Shown here: positions 11,192-20,958 of the stretch, piece after piece | Position numbering within the stretch: the first letter of the stretch is position 1 | Layout of the letters: each line of letters opens with the position of its first letter | Assembly (NCBI GenBank): GCA_965223425.1 | Contig: OZ245003.1 | Coordinates: forward strand, 448,001 to 512,000 | DNA length: 64,000 bases | Reading direction: 5' to 3' | Origin: Nitrosopumilus sp. | GTDB taxonomy: Archaea; Thermoproteota; Nitrososphaeria; Nitrososphaerales; Nitrosopumilaceae | Program-made: the position numbers and the translations under genes | Notes under the pieces: model-generated | Database searches by the model: none | The model's input: the letters and a program-made list of their open reading frames with translations, nothing else | Told to the model about the DNA's origin: nothing

Positions 11192-11368
11192 CTATCGATA
11201 TTCCCCAAGTACTGGACAATGTTCATGAACCCATCTCCCACTTCTTAGTTTGTTGCATAACACGCCTAAGCCAGTCAAAAGTTGGGCAAGTTTCGTGCCT
11301 AGGATCCAAGTTATGCAACAAACTACCACTTCTAGCTTGAATTATTTCATCTTTTGGATACATAAACT
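11192..11368 (-). pseudogene. 3' remnant of a small gene upstream of the SNF2 gene, broken by a MITE and an IS
   Basis: Removing the MITE and one TSD restores FMYPKDEIIQARSGRWVHEHCPVLGEYR*; 5' part cut off at the IS end at 11369. Confidence 0.6.
11246..11325. mobile_element. 80-bp MITE
   Basis: Perfect 16-bp TIRs TAGTTTGTTGCATAAC / GTTATGCAACAAACTA; 8-bp TSD CCACTTCT (11238-11245, 11326-11333). Confidence 0.9.
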
Positions 11369-12497
11369 AGACTTTATGCATAATTGAATCATAAAAATTT
11401 TTCCGAAAGACTTGGATCTATTTTGATCGCCGCAACAGGTAGGAATCTCCAGAACAGACGATACGCAGGCTGCAAAGGGGGCTCAAGCAAAAGGACACAG
11501 CAATCAAGCAGAATAACAGAGCAATCAAGCAAAAGGACACAGCAATCAAGCAGAACAACAGAGGAGCAATCAAGCAGAACAACAGAGGAGCAATCAAGCA
11601 GAGCAACAGAGGAGCAATCAAGCAGAGCAACAGAGCAATCAAGCAAAAGGACACAGAAATCAGCAGGCGCGAGAAGACAGTCGACTCACTCCGCAAGCAG
11701 CTGCTGCTGCGCGAGGACAGTCTGTGGACCGCTACAGATGCAGGCCGTCCTGATACGGACACGTCGCCGTTGCCGCCGCTGCACAGCAGGGTGGTGATCC
11801 GCGGCATACTGCATAGCAGCGCAAAGCTTGCAGGGATTACCGTATGACCTTGACCAGTTTGACTACACCTGCAATGACTTTGTGGCAGAGTCAAGGAAGC
11901 ACGGCGGCGGCGGCGGCGCGCCGCTCTTTTCAGAGGACGAAACACCGGATCCCGGAAACCGCTGCCTGCCTGGCCGCAGGTCCGTCCTGCTGCTTGCGCT
12001 GTTCCGCAAGCGCTCAAACGTGACGCAGGATGCACTGGGAGTGCTGTTTGATGTGGATCAGTCCACCGTGTGCAGGTACCTCCGGTTCGCAGATTCCGTG
12101 CTGGCAGGGATCCTGCCTACTGCAGACAGGATGACCCGTCTGGTAAAAAAGGCCGAGACATCAGAGCAGCTAGAGCAGCTAATGCCGGACAGAACCATCA
12201 TAATTGACGGCACCGAGGTGCCAAGGCAGCGTCCGCAGGACAAGGATAAAAGAAAAAACACGTACTCTGGCAAAAAGAAGCGCTTTACGATTAACACCAC
12301 CATAATAACAAACAGGGCAGGCCTGATACTTGCAGCAGGCAGGTCCTTTGAGGGCGGGACGCACGACCTTACCATGATAAGAGAGGATCCGATAGACTTT
12401 GGCAGGTGGTCTAAATCCATGTACAAAAAGGACACTCCGGAAAAGGACAGGATACGGGTACTTGCAGACAAGGGGTACCAGGGAATTGCCAATCACT
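11369..12497 (+). mobile_element. Truncated IS5-family (DDE_Tnp_4-like) element, transposase pseudogene
   Basis: Left end AGACTTTATGCATAATTGA; HTH (QDALGVLFDVDQSTVCRY), IIDGTE, YSGKKK and LADKGYQG motifs; cut at 12498 by a second IS. Confidence 0.8.
11483..11657 (+). repeat. 21/24-bp tandem repeat array in the IS 5' region
   Basis: Repeated GCAATCAAGCA(G/A)... units encoding AIKQKDT / AIKQNNR(G) / AIKQSNR(G). Confidence 0.85.
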
Positions 12498-13568
12498 AGA
12501 TGAGTTGCGCAATTGATTCAGTTTGAGTATAATCTCAATATTTCCTAACAACAAGATCCAAGGCTAAGAAACAACCATTTTCAATTCATGTTCAATCACA
12601 CGAAACTAGCAAAAAGACCAAAACGATTCCTGTCAATAACAGGACTGACTGCTCCGCAATTTGATTCCTTGTCAAAAGAAATACAAAAAAAATACAAAAC
12701 TACAGAAGCAAGACGTCTATCAGAAAAGAAAGGAAAAAGAGACATTGGTGCAGGACACAATTTGATCTACCAATCAAAGACAGAGTTCTGATGCTGTTAA
12801 TGTACTACAGAATGTACACAACACACGATATGTCGGGAATGATATTTGACCTGAACAAATCAAATGTGATGCGAGATATCAGATATTTGGAGCCCGCAGT
12901 AAAACAGTCAATCCCAATTCCCGCCAAAAAGTATGCAGATTCAAAAAAGATCAGCGGCATACAGCAGCTCCAAGAGTTCTTCCCAGAACTAATTGCAATC
13001 ACAGACGGTACGGAGCAGCCAATACCGAGACCAAAAAACAAGCGCAAACGTAAGACACACTATTCAGGCAAAAAGAAAAACCACACAGTACAAAACCAGA
13101 TTACGATAAACCTTGACGGAGTCATAATTCACAAACCTGCACATTCACCCGGATGTCGCCACGGTTACAAAATTTACAAATCAAAACATCCGACACTGTC
13201 TGAAGAGCTGTTAAACTTTTATGACCTTGGATATTTGGGGATTGAAAAGGACTTTCCAAAACAGACCAGCATTTTGCCATACAGAAAAAAGAAAGGAAGA
13301 AAGCTAACTGATTCTCAGAAAGAGTGGAACAAATCTCAAGCTAAAGTTAGAATCAGGATAGAGAGCATGTCATTGCACAAATCAAAAAATTCAGAATCAG
13401 CGCATATACATTTAGGAACAGATTGCGTCGTTATGACACCATTAGCGAGATAGTCTGCGGAATTGTTAATTTCAAGATACGGTGGAAGCAAGAGCTTGCT
13501 GTGATTCCATAAAATCAAAAACTATCGAGTGAAAGATGGGATTTTGATTGTAATTGCGCAACTCATCT
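12498..13568 (+). mobile_element. IS5-family (ISL2-like, DDE_Tnp_4) element, copy 1, frameshifted transposase
   Basis: TIRs AGATGAGTTGCGCAATT / AATTGCGCAACTCATCT; ITDGTEQ, YSGKKK and DLGYLG motifs; no TSD (flanks ACT vs GAT). Confidence 0.9.
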
Positions 13569-13883
13569 GATAATTACACTTGGATTCGACATGGGTAATT
13601 GTTGTACCGCCGCCAAGATGTTTTCCGCCTAGACGAAACACGGTCATTTTATCGGTGTCTTCTATGAGATTTGCACCATGTGCATGATTCCTAAACTCTA
13701 CATATGGGAAGGTTCCCTCTCATGTCTGCTCCCCTCACACTTGTATAATCAATACATTCTCTTATTGGCATGTCGTACTTTTGATATACGGAAATTAGTT
13801 CAATTTCAGAAGGATGTGTCAGGAATTTTATGTCCTGTGGGTGACATTTTTGGGCCAACTGGCAATCAAGGCGATGCCGGCAG

Positions 13884-14120
13884 TCATTTGGCAGGTTTTA
13901 TTGGAACTTGAACCTTGCCCCTTCTTGGTTTGGCCCACGCATCCACGTCTGCCCGTACTTCTGCGGGCAGTTTGTCGTATTCAAAAAGCCCACTTGAAAG
14001 GCCATGTATGATATCGGCAAACTCTAGTTCGTCATTTGAGAGATTTGCGGGCCCGAATGTATTTTTGTACTTTTTCATACACCGTTTATGTGCGTATATG
14101 ATTAATAAAACTTCATGCAT
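13884..14120 (-). CDS. Hypothetical protein
   Basis: Short ORF overlapping the end of the upstream 152-aa gene. Confidence 0.45.
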   Translation of the reverse strand: MHEVLLIIYAHKRCMKKYKNTFGPANLSNDELEFADIIHGLSSGLFEYDKLPAEVRADVDAWAKPRRGKVQVPIKPAK

Positions 14121-14571
14121 GGGGGCTGATTCTTGGTATGAAAGAAACCCTTCCGTCTGGCGTGATCTTCATTATCGATTTTTGGGAATGATGCTGCCTT
14201 AGTATATGTGCATCTTCATCAGTCATTCCGTGGTTCTTGGGATATGATATATCGGTATAAACATAACCCTGATTGTCAATCCAACTGCCAAGGAACGGAT
14301 GCTCGTTTGTCTGCACCTCATCGTATGCCGATTGTAATACATTTGAGAAATCGCCTTGATGGTCGGTCGTCGCAATTACATACAATGGATTTACTCCATC
14401 TGCGTATAGTCTGTAGAGATCCTTCATGTCTGTAGTATTTTTTGCTGCGTAACCCTTCTCGGTAGCAGGATCATACGTGTGACCTCTTAGCGCACTTGTT
14501 GTCGCATCCAGCCATTTGAGATATTTCTTTATGGCAGCATCAAATGGTATCTTCTCTTTACCTGGGAGCAT
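14113..14571 (-). CDS. Hypothetical MGE protein
   Basis: 152 aa with protein-like composition; LGSW-x5-VYTDIS and QKSI motifs. Confidence 0.6.
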   Translation of the reverse strand: MLPGKEKIPFDAAIKKYLKWLDATTSALRGHTYDPATEKGYAAKNTTDMKDLYRLYADGVNPLYVIATTDHQGDFSNVLQSAYDEVQTNEHPFLGSWIDNQGYVYTDISYPKNHGMTDEDAHILRQHHSQKSIMKITPDGRVSFIPRISPHA

Positions 14572-14926
14572 GTCTCAAATGTATGGTGTTTGGTATATCA
14601 AAGATTCCATTTGTCTCATTTAGAAATATTCCGTCTCACAAATGTCTCATTGCTGTTTGTTGCAGTAGCATGAAGCAAGGCAAAAAAATATGCGATTGCC
14701 GCCCTGCTTCCCAGGTTTATCTCAAAGAAGAACAATACGGGCAAAAACAGCACACATGCAGACTCTATTCCTCCTGTCAGTAGTGTAGCGGCCGGGGGCC
14801 TGAACCTCCCATACGCAAAAGACAGTACGAGGCTGTACTCGTGTCTTGTTATGTAGGATTTGTGCGCAAATGTCACCTTCAGATCCAGTATCATGGATGC
14901 GCACCAGATTCCAGCTATCATACAGT

Positions 14927-15025
14927 AGACCTTATGCGTAATCGACTAAAAATTCAAAATCAAATTGGTTTACTAAGGCAAAAATTATCTCGCAATATTA
15001 GTTTGATCGATTATGCATAAGGTCT
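14927..15025. mobile_element. 99-bp MITE related to the IS end at 11369
   Basis: 19-bp TIRs AGACCTTATGC(G/A)TAATCGA (18/19 identical); 3-bp TSD AGT. Confidence 0.85.
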
Positions 15026-15052
15026 AGTAGGAGATATGATCAATCTCCGGCT

Positions 15053-15517
15053 TTAAAAGAAAGTATAAAAATAAAATTCCCGCCGAAGATACCGCCAGAG
15101 AACCATGGTATGCCAGTCCACATGCCACATGGCATTGGAGTATTTTCGCTCAAAGCGGACGTACTTGCGCTTCTTTGACTTTGCAGCAGATGGTGCCACC
15201 ATGCCGTTCTTTTTCATTATGCGGTATACTGCGCGGTAGCTTATATCGTGGTTGTCACTCAGTCTTTTTGCAGTGCGCAGGACTCCCACAGGGTCGTCCC
15301 GGTGCGCCTCAGTTACAAGGCGTATCTGGGCAGATGTGGTTGGGACATGCGGCCTGCCCATCTTCATGCGTGTTGTTCTGATTGTCGGAACCTGGCCCAG
15401 CCTTCGCACATGCCTTGCCGTAATGCCAAGATCTCGGGCTATCTGGGATGAAACGACTCCTTTTTTGCGCTGCCTGATTATGTATTGCCGTGATTTTTCT
15501 GTTAGTCTTTTTGTCAT
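15053..15517 (-). pseudogene. IS481-like transposase fragment (HTH plus start of rve domain)
   Basis: IARDLGITARHVRR HTH; RFERKYSNAMWHVDWH, then truncated. Confidence 0.8.
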
Positions 15518-15552
15518 GGATTTTTGTGATCGGTACAGCCTGAAATAATCAT

Positions 15553-17485
15553 CTATTGTCCTTCTGATCCTAGGCGGACTGACTTTTCGTACAATTGACT
15601 CTTTAGCTCAATGTGGTCAGTTACTTTGAGCAGTGGTGAATTAGGCTCTGGATACGCTCCCAGATCTTTTTTCCAATTCTCCCTGTACTGCCAGAGATAT
15701 TCGCAGGCCTCTGGTGTGATAGATGTCCAGTAACTTTCAGGATCACCGCGATACACCAAAAGGGCAGCACCCTTGAAATTATCATCATCGTCTCTGAAAA
15801 ATATAACATCACGCCACGTAAAATAATCCCATGATTCCAGTCGGAATCCTGCAGAAGAAAACATTGTCAAAATTACCTTGTCTGTAATGCCGCGTGCTGT
15901 GAACATCATTTTTTGAATCTCTTCTCTGGCATATGCCCTATCCTGAGAGTTTACGGGTCTAGAGTGGCGATCATTGAAAATTTCGCCTCAAACACAACGA
16001 GCTAGATACCTGTAGATGTCAAGTTTAATGGAACATGTCCTAAAGTACTCTGACACTGTGTGTTTGAGATCTTCAAGCGTGTCATAGTGTGCTGCCGTGA
16101 TCAGCCTGTACTTGGCCTGCTTCCACAACGCCTCGATGGCACTAAGCTTCGGAGTGGCAACAGGCAGGTAGAGTATCTCGATCTCTCCCTTGTGATCCTC
16201 CAAGTATTTTCTTGCCGCCGCCGTCTTGTGCTGGCCGGCATTGTCCGTTATCAGCAGCACCTTGCCCCACTTGCGGCGGGCCTCTGCCAGGTACCTCACA
16301 AACGTAGGGCCGTCAAACTTGTCATACAGGCGCATCAGTCTGGTGCCGTCATCTGCAAGCGCCCCGTATACGACTGTCTTGTCCCTGCGTCCTGACCTTT
16401 CTATCTCCACGGGATCGCCTATGCGCGACCACAGCCTCTTGCCGTCCTCACCGATCCTTATGAATATCGACTCGTCCTGTATCGCAATCCGGAATCCACG
16501 CCTTTTTGCACGTGAAATGACTGCTGAGGCGTCTTTTTGCCACCGTCGTACCTCGTCGGCGCCTGCACTGTTCCCGTATACTGTCGTGGATGTCTTGCAG
16601 GAGAATCCAAAGACGCGCATTATCCTGCGCATGTTGGACATGCTGTATCTTCTGTTTGTCTTGCGACGTATCTGGTTGCGCAGCTTTCGCGGAGTCGGCG
16701 TGTTCTTTTTGCAAAGCCTGTCGGCCAGCTTTTCTATCAATGCGTACAAGACGTCCGGGCTTTTGCCTCTTCCTGGCGCGTCCCGGAGGCCATCTGCGCC
16801 ATATTTTCTGAACCTGCATACCCACAGCTGGACTGTGCGTTGGTCTACGTTGGCAATATCTGCAAGATCTGCCGTAGAGTGTCCCATGAGGACTCCGCGC
16901 ACTGCCAGCATCCTGTCACGAATCTTGATGTTCTTCTCTGCACGCATGGCCTCCGTCAGTGCCTGTACTTCGTTCACAGCTTGCAGCTGATCTGGTGATC
17001 AATAAGCTTTTCTGTTCAGTCCTGTCTGGAGAGGCGAAATTAATTATAATCGCCACTCTAGGATACAGATGGTATAGACGCTTCCAGTGCAGTGGCACGT
17101 CATTTGTATCCAAGAGTATCTTTATGGGCTTTGTATAGTTGGGAACAGAATTCGGACTAGTCTTGCCTTGGCTTACCCTCCTGTTAAAGTACTTGATGTA
17201 TTCGGCAATAATGTTGGTGCCTGCCTTTGAATCCTTTTCACACAATTTGACAAAGCATTCGGCCTGTGACTCTACGGTCTTGTCAGGTATAGCACACTCC
17301 ATCTTTTTGTACAGATTCAATGGTATCTCTTTGAGGAACCTTGCCAGATTCTTGGTATAATGTCTCTTGGTTTCAGGGTTTTTTATGCCGTCAAGAAAAT
17401 TTTCGTATGGAATGCCTTGGGTGGTTATCTTTTTGAGATCAACATTGAGCATTACGCCCTCAATATTTGAATCAGATTTAAGCAC
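15553..17485 (-). pseudogene. Tyrosine integrase split by IS630 and truncated by the IS481 fragment
   Basis: Removing IS630 rejoins LYPR|PVNSQDRAYAREE in frame; SSAGFR catalytic Arg motif present; C-terminus missing. Confidence 0.85.
15962..17058 (-). mobile_element. IS630-family element with apparently intact transposase (15988-16977)
   Basis: TIRs GAGTGGCGAT...AATTTCGCCTC; TA duplication; QDES, DNAGQH and LSAIEALW DDE motifs. Confidence 0.92.
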
Positions 17486-17496
17486 CTCATGGTAGA

Positions 17497-17508
17497 TGGG
17501 CCCACGGG
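17497..17508. repeat. att core, direct repeat of tRNA-Val 3' end
   Basis: TGGGCCCACGGG identical to 26910-26921. Confidence 0.8.
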
Positions 17509-17685
17509 AATCGGAGTCCGGGTCGGGTTCAAGTCCATAATAACGGCAGAAAGTGATTGGAACACTTAGAATATTCCTATCTTAATTTTTTTTGTACTAA
17601 AATGCAAGCAAACAGATTGTATTTTGAATTGTTTTGATCTCTTGTAAGAAATTCATGTCTTAATTCTTTATAATGGACAGTATAA

Positions 17686-18942
17686 TTATCTGATCGGTTT
17701 TGGAAGCTCTTGTCGCTTCCAGCTCTTTCCATGAATCTGTTTCAAAAGTCCATCGTGTTCTTCTTTCGGAAGATCAGCTCCTATTAAGTGTGCTATGAAT
17801 TTAATGGCGTTCTTTTTTGCAGGCATTCCCGCCATGATCTTGCCATTTGATCTGATTAATACATTTGACCAGTACCTTGTACGAGGTCTCCAGTCTATCT
17901 TATTCAATCTCTCTATTAGAACATCTCTGTTTATGCGATCATTTAGTTTGCACGCATGTGCGTATCCGCCAACTAGTGCAAGCTGGCCTATCGGCCGATT
18001 TGACAGATAATCTTTTCTCATTTTTATACGCGTCTCATCCCCCTTTTCTGTTGGATCTTTGAGAGATTTTCGCCACACATCAATTCCAGATATGAGTTTA
18101 GTCCACTCCCTGCTTATCTCCTTCAACCGTTGATCAGTTTCGTGTTCAGGTATATTTTCAGGCTTGGATATGGTGGGGATTTTTGAACTACCTAGAAGAT
18201 GTATGCTGGCATCATAAAATGTAGATATGGTCGTAAACTCGTGTGCTGTTATATTAAGCGCATTTTTATCCAAGCTTACCAAACGTTCAGGAATTATATT
18301 GTTGTGTATCATCCGTCTTACTATGATTGACATGGTATTGTCATCATCAGTAATTAGCTTGTTTGCTTTCGTAGTAGGTTTTGCATATTTGTTTATCTTG
18401 TTGAATATGTATCTGGCCTTTTTCTCTTCAAAACGAACTAGTATTACTGCAACCTTTTCTTTTCCCAGATCGGGATTACTTTGGATGGTTGAAATAGAAT
18501 TGTCTCCGCCACCGTCCCCTTTGACGGCCAACTCAAAAGCCTTAGCTCTATGCTGTCCATCAAGAGGAATCAGAATTGCACTTCTAGACATTATAAAAAA
18601 CCCCATATCTTCAACTGCCTCATCGTATAATTTTGGGATGGAATCATCCGTTCCTACAAATTTACCTAGTGGTTCAAATTCCATCTTTTCATCATTTTTG
18701 ACAGCCAAAACTAAGGATCCTGAGAATCTGTTCGGGTCATTTGCAAAATATGGTGCTATATCACGCTTTATTCGTTTCAAATTGAGTTCTCTTTGAAATT
18801 TTGCGTCGAGTTCAAGATCCTCCCAATTTGGAAGATCTGCAGGAAATACAATTCGGCTGATTAATTCCGCAAGTGGCATAGAGGTAAGAAAGTAATCTGT
18901 ATTTCCAAACCTTGCTCGTAGTGCAGGATATGGGCTAGACAT
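17686..18942 (-). CDS. DndB-like DGQHR-domain (ParB/Srx superfamily) protein
   Basis: FQRELN, IPLDGQHR and FNKINKYAK motifs; 418 aa. Confidence 0.85.
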   Translation of the reverse strand: MSSPYPALRARFGNTDYFLTSMPLAELISRIVFPADLPNWEDLELDAKFQRELNLKRIKRDIAPYFANDPNRFSGSLVLAVKNDEKMEFEPLGKFVGTDDSIPKLYDEAVEDMGFFIMSRSAILIPLDGQHRAKAFELAVKGDGGGDNSISTIQSNPDLGKEKVAVILVRFEEKKARYIFNKINKYAKPTTKANKLITDDDNTMSIIVRRMIHNNIIPERLVSLDKNALNITAHEFTTISTFYDASIHLLGSSKIPTISKPENIPEHETDQRLKEISREWTKLISGIDVWRKSLKDPTEKGDETRIKMRKDYLSNRPIGQLALVGGYAHACKLNDRINRDVLIERLNKIDWRPRTRYWSNVLIRSNGKIMAGMPAKKNAIKFIAHLIGADLPKEEHDGLLKQIHGKSWKRQELPKPIR

Positions 18943-18989
18943 TGTGATTCCTCACATAGTGTTGTTTGCATTCAAATTGTACAGTCATT

Positions 18990-19316
18990 CTAAATCCCCT
19001 GTGTATTAGCATCGGGATGAAACCTCGATATAATTTCTGATTCAATATTCCTAATTTTGGGCTCCGTACTGTCCACATATACAAAGGATATTTTGATCTC
19101 ATTTGGATATGTTTCAAAATATTGTCTTAGTTGTGGATTAGATTCATCATGACTATGCTGTTCAATGCGTCTTTGCATATTCATACTCATTCCAACATAG
19201 ATACACTTACTGCGTAACCAAAAACTATACAGTCCAGCACTACTGTGTACACCATTATGAAAGTTATAATCAAACGACTGTGTCTCGGATTTAAGACGCA
19301 ATATAATTTCAGACAT
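18990..19316 (-). CDS. GIY-YIG nuclease family protein
   Basis: AGLYSF...IYVGMS...RRIEQH...IESEII...PDAN; likely start MSEIILR. Confidence 0.85.
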   Translation of the reverse strand: MSEIILRLKSETQSFDYNFHNGVHSSAGLYSFWLRSKCIYVGMSMNMQRRIEQHSHDESNPQLRQYFETYPNEIKISFVYVDSTEPKIRNIESEIISRFHPDANTQGI

Positions 19317-19320
19317 TATT

Positions 19321-20958
19321 TTAGACACCGCAAAGACCCTCGCATTCACTTGCCATAACATCATCATAATTCTGGGCATTGTTCAGATCCACCTTGCCTA
19401 ATTCTATTCGTGAATGATGCAGATATGCCTTTCCTCGTAACGATCCCTGTATTTTTGGAATATTACGTAGTGACCAGTCAATCTGGACAGCATCATTAAA
19501 AGAGTCAGGCTCGTTTTCTTTGAGCCATTTCCATTCCATGTCATTATGATATGGACATCCCACACATGCACTGCGGGGTAGTCGACGATCCGGATATCGC
19601 TCCTCGAACCAATTGTAAATATTGGCACGTGTCATTTGAAGATCCACAAGCGGATAGCGATTGTCTATCCATTCATTTCTACTGGGTTTTATTCTCTCAG
19701 ATTCATCTGCACTTATTCCTATCCACATCTCAACTTGGACATCTTTGGGTGCACGTCTTCCAGGAGTAAAATTTAGTCGCCTCCTTAATTCCTTGTGTAT
19801 TGGTCTTATCTTGTAATGCGTAGTGCACTGTCTAACTGCTACGGATTTGCTCCCATTTGGATTAATTAAAAATGCAGGTATGTCCATGAACTGATCTCCA
19901 TCAGAATTAACACCATTCAGGATGTTCTCTCTAATGTTTCCAGCAGTTACACGTATTACATCATAGGACAGTTGTTTTTCCAACCATTCCAGATGATCAT
20001 ATACATTTGGAGGCTCCCACTGTGTATCTGCAAATATGGCAAAATCAGGTTTTTCGAGTCCGTTCCACCCTTCTTCGGCCATGAGAGCAAGAACAGTAGA
20101 TTGCGCACCTGCACCCAGACTCAATACCTTGACTTTTTTTCCACCTCGAAGATATTTACGATCATTTACTGATTCTGGTTTACACATTTGACGATCTGCA
20201 CTGCGTCGTACAATCCTGCGTAAATTTTCCCTGTTTAGAGAATCAATCAATCTTGCACCTGCTACCCTGTTTAGCTCCGTTAGCATAGAAATGTATCCTA
20301 CACGATTTATTCCTTTTGCCTCGTTGTGCAGTGCTCGTACACATTCTGACATAGTCATGTAATTTTTTAATACAGCATATTCCAAGGTACGATGATAATA
20401 TTCCGGAGTTTTGGCGAATGTTTCTAATGCCTGTTTTGCATCAAATGCACCTGCTGAATGTTCTGCAGCTTTGGTGGCCGCGTGTGCAATCCACCATGTT
20501 CTGCCTGAAATGCTTGATTTCCAAATACCTGTTCCCTCGTTATTTTTTGTTAACCAATGCTTGCGCATATTATTCAAGTTAGTATTTTTGGTGCTTGGCC
20601 ATCGAGTAATCCCGTACTGGTGGAGGTGGAAATGATTTAGATATGCTAATACGTGTTGATCAGATGCTAATCTGGGCGTCATACCTTCAAACGAATTGTA
20701 AAAATCAAGTGCTTGATTATCCGCCATATGTGTGGGCATATTTGCTGGTACAGCAAGATCTATAGGCTTGATTATGTATGCGCCAGTAGGTTCACGGTAA
20801 TTATCAATCTTATATTTGACTAGCAAATCCTCAAAATTTGCATCGAGATTCTTGTAATGGTCAATATTTTCTTCAAAGTTATGATACAAATGAACAAATG
20901 CATCCTGTGTGAATTTGTACAGAGGTTGTCTTTCAGTCTGAGTCATCGTTTTCTCCAT
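19321..20958 (-). CDS. Fusion: DUF6339-like N-terminus plus PAPS-reductase-like PP-loop domain
   Basis: N-terminal YLNHF..TRW..GRTWWIA; C-terminal SLGAGAQST, FADTQWE, RQCTTHYKI, GISADE, SACVGCPY, ECEGLCGV. Confidence 0.75.
   Translation of the reverse strand: MEKTMTQTERQPLYKFTQDAFVHLYHNFEENIDHYKNLDANFEDLLVKYKIDNYREPTGAYIIKPIDLAVPANMPTHMADNQALDFYNSFEGMTPRLASDQHVLAYLNHFHLHQYGITRWPSTKNTNLNNMRKHWLTKNNEGTGIWKSSISGRTWWIAHAATKAAEHSAGAFDAKQALETFAKTPEYYHRTLEYAVLKNYMTMSECVRALHNEAKGINRVGYISMLTELNRVAGARLIDSLNRENLRRIVRRSADRQMCKPESVNDRKYLRGGKKVKVLSLGAGAQSTVLALMAEEGWNGLEKPDFAIFADTQWEPPNVYDHLEWLEKQLSYDVIRVTAGNIRENILNGVNSDGDQFMDIPAFLINPNGSKSVAVRQCTTHYKIRPIHKELRRRLNFTPGRRAPKDVQVEMWIGISADESERIKPSRNEWIDNRYPLVDLQMTRANIYNWFEERYPDRRLPRSACVGCPYHNDMEWKWLKENEPDSFNDAVQIDWSLRNIPKIQGSLRGKAYLHHSRIELGKVDLNNAQNYDDVMASECEGLCGV

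Larger units (their letters stand above)
6666..17508. mobile_element. Decayed integrative element A1 at tRNA-Val hotspot
   Basis: Bounded by a degenerate att (6666) and a 12-bp att core (17497); integrase pseudogene next to 17497; defence-like cargo and many IS. Confidence 0.55.

Noticed and set aside
11483-11657. Possible CRISPR array
   Set aside because: Units are contiguous 21/24-bp tandem repeats without unique spacers, lie inside an IS, and no cas genes are present.
16060-16998. Long overlapping ORFs antisense to IS630 (and similar shadow ORFs in GC-rich genes)
   Set aside because: Expected shadow frames of GC-rich coding sequence, with no motifs of their own.
17686-20958. Canonical dndBCDE phosphorothioation operon
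   Set aside because: No DndD (SMC-like ATPase) or DndE, and the PP-loop domain lacks the SGGKDS DndC-type motif.
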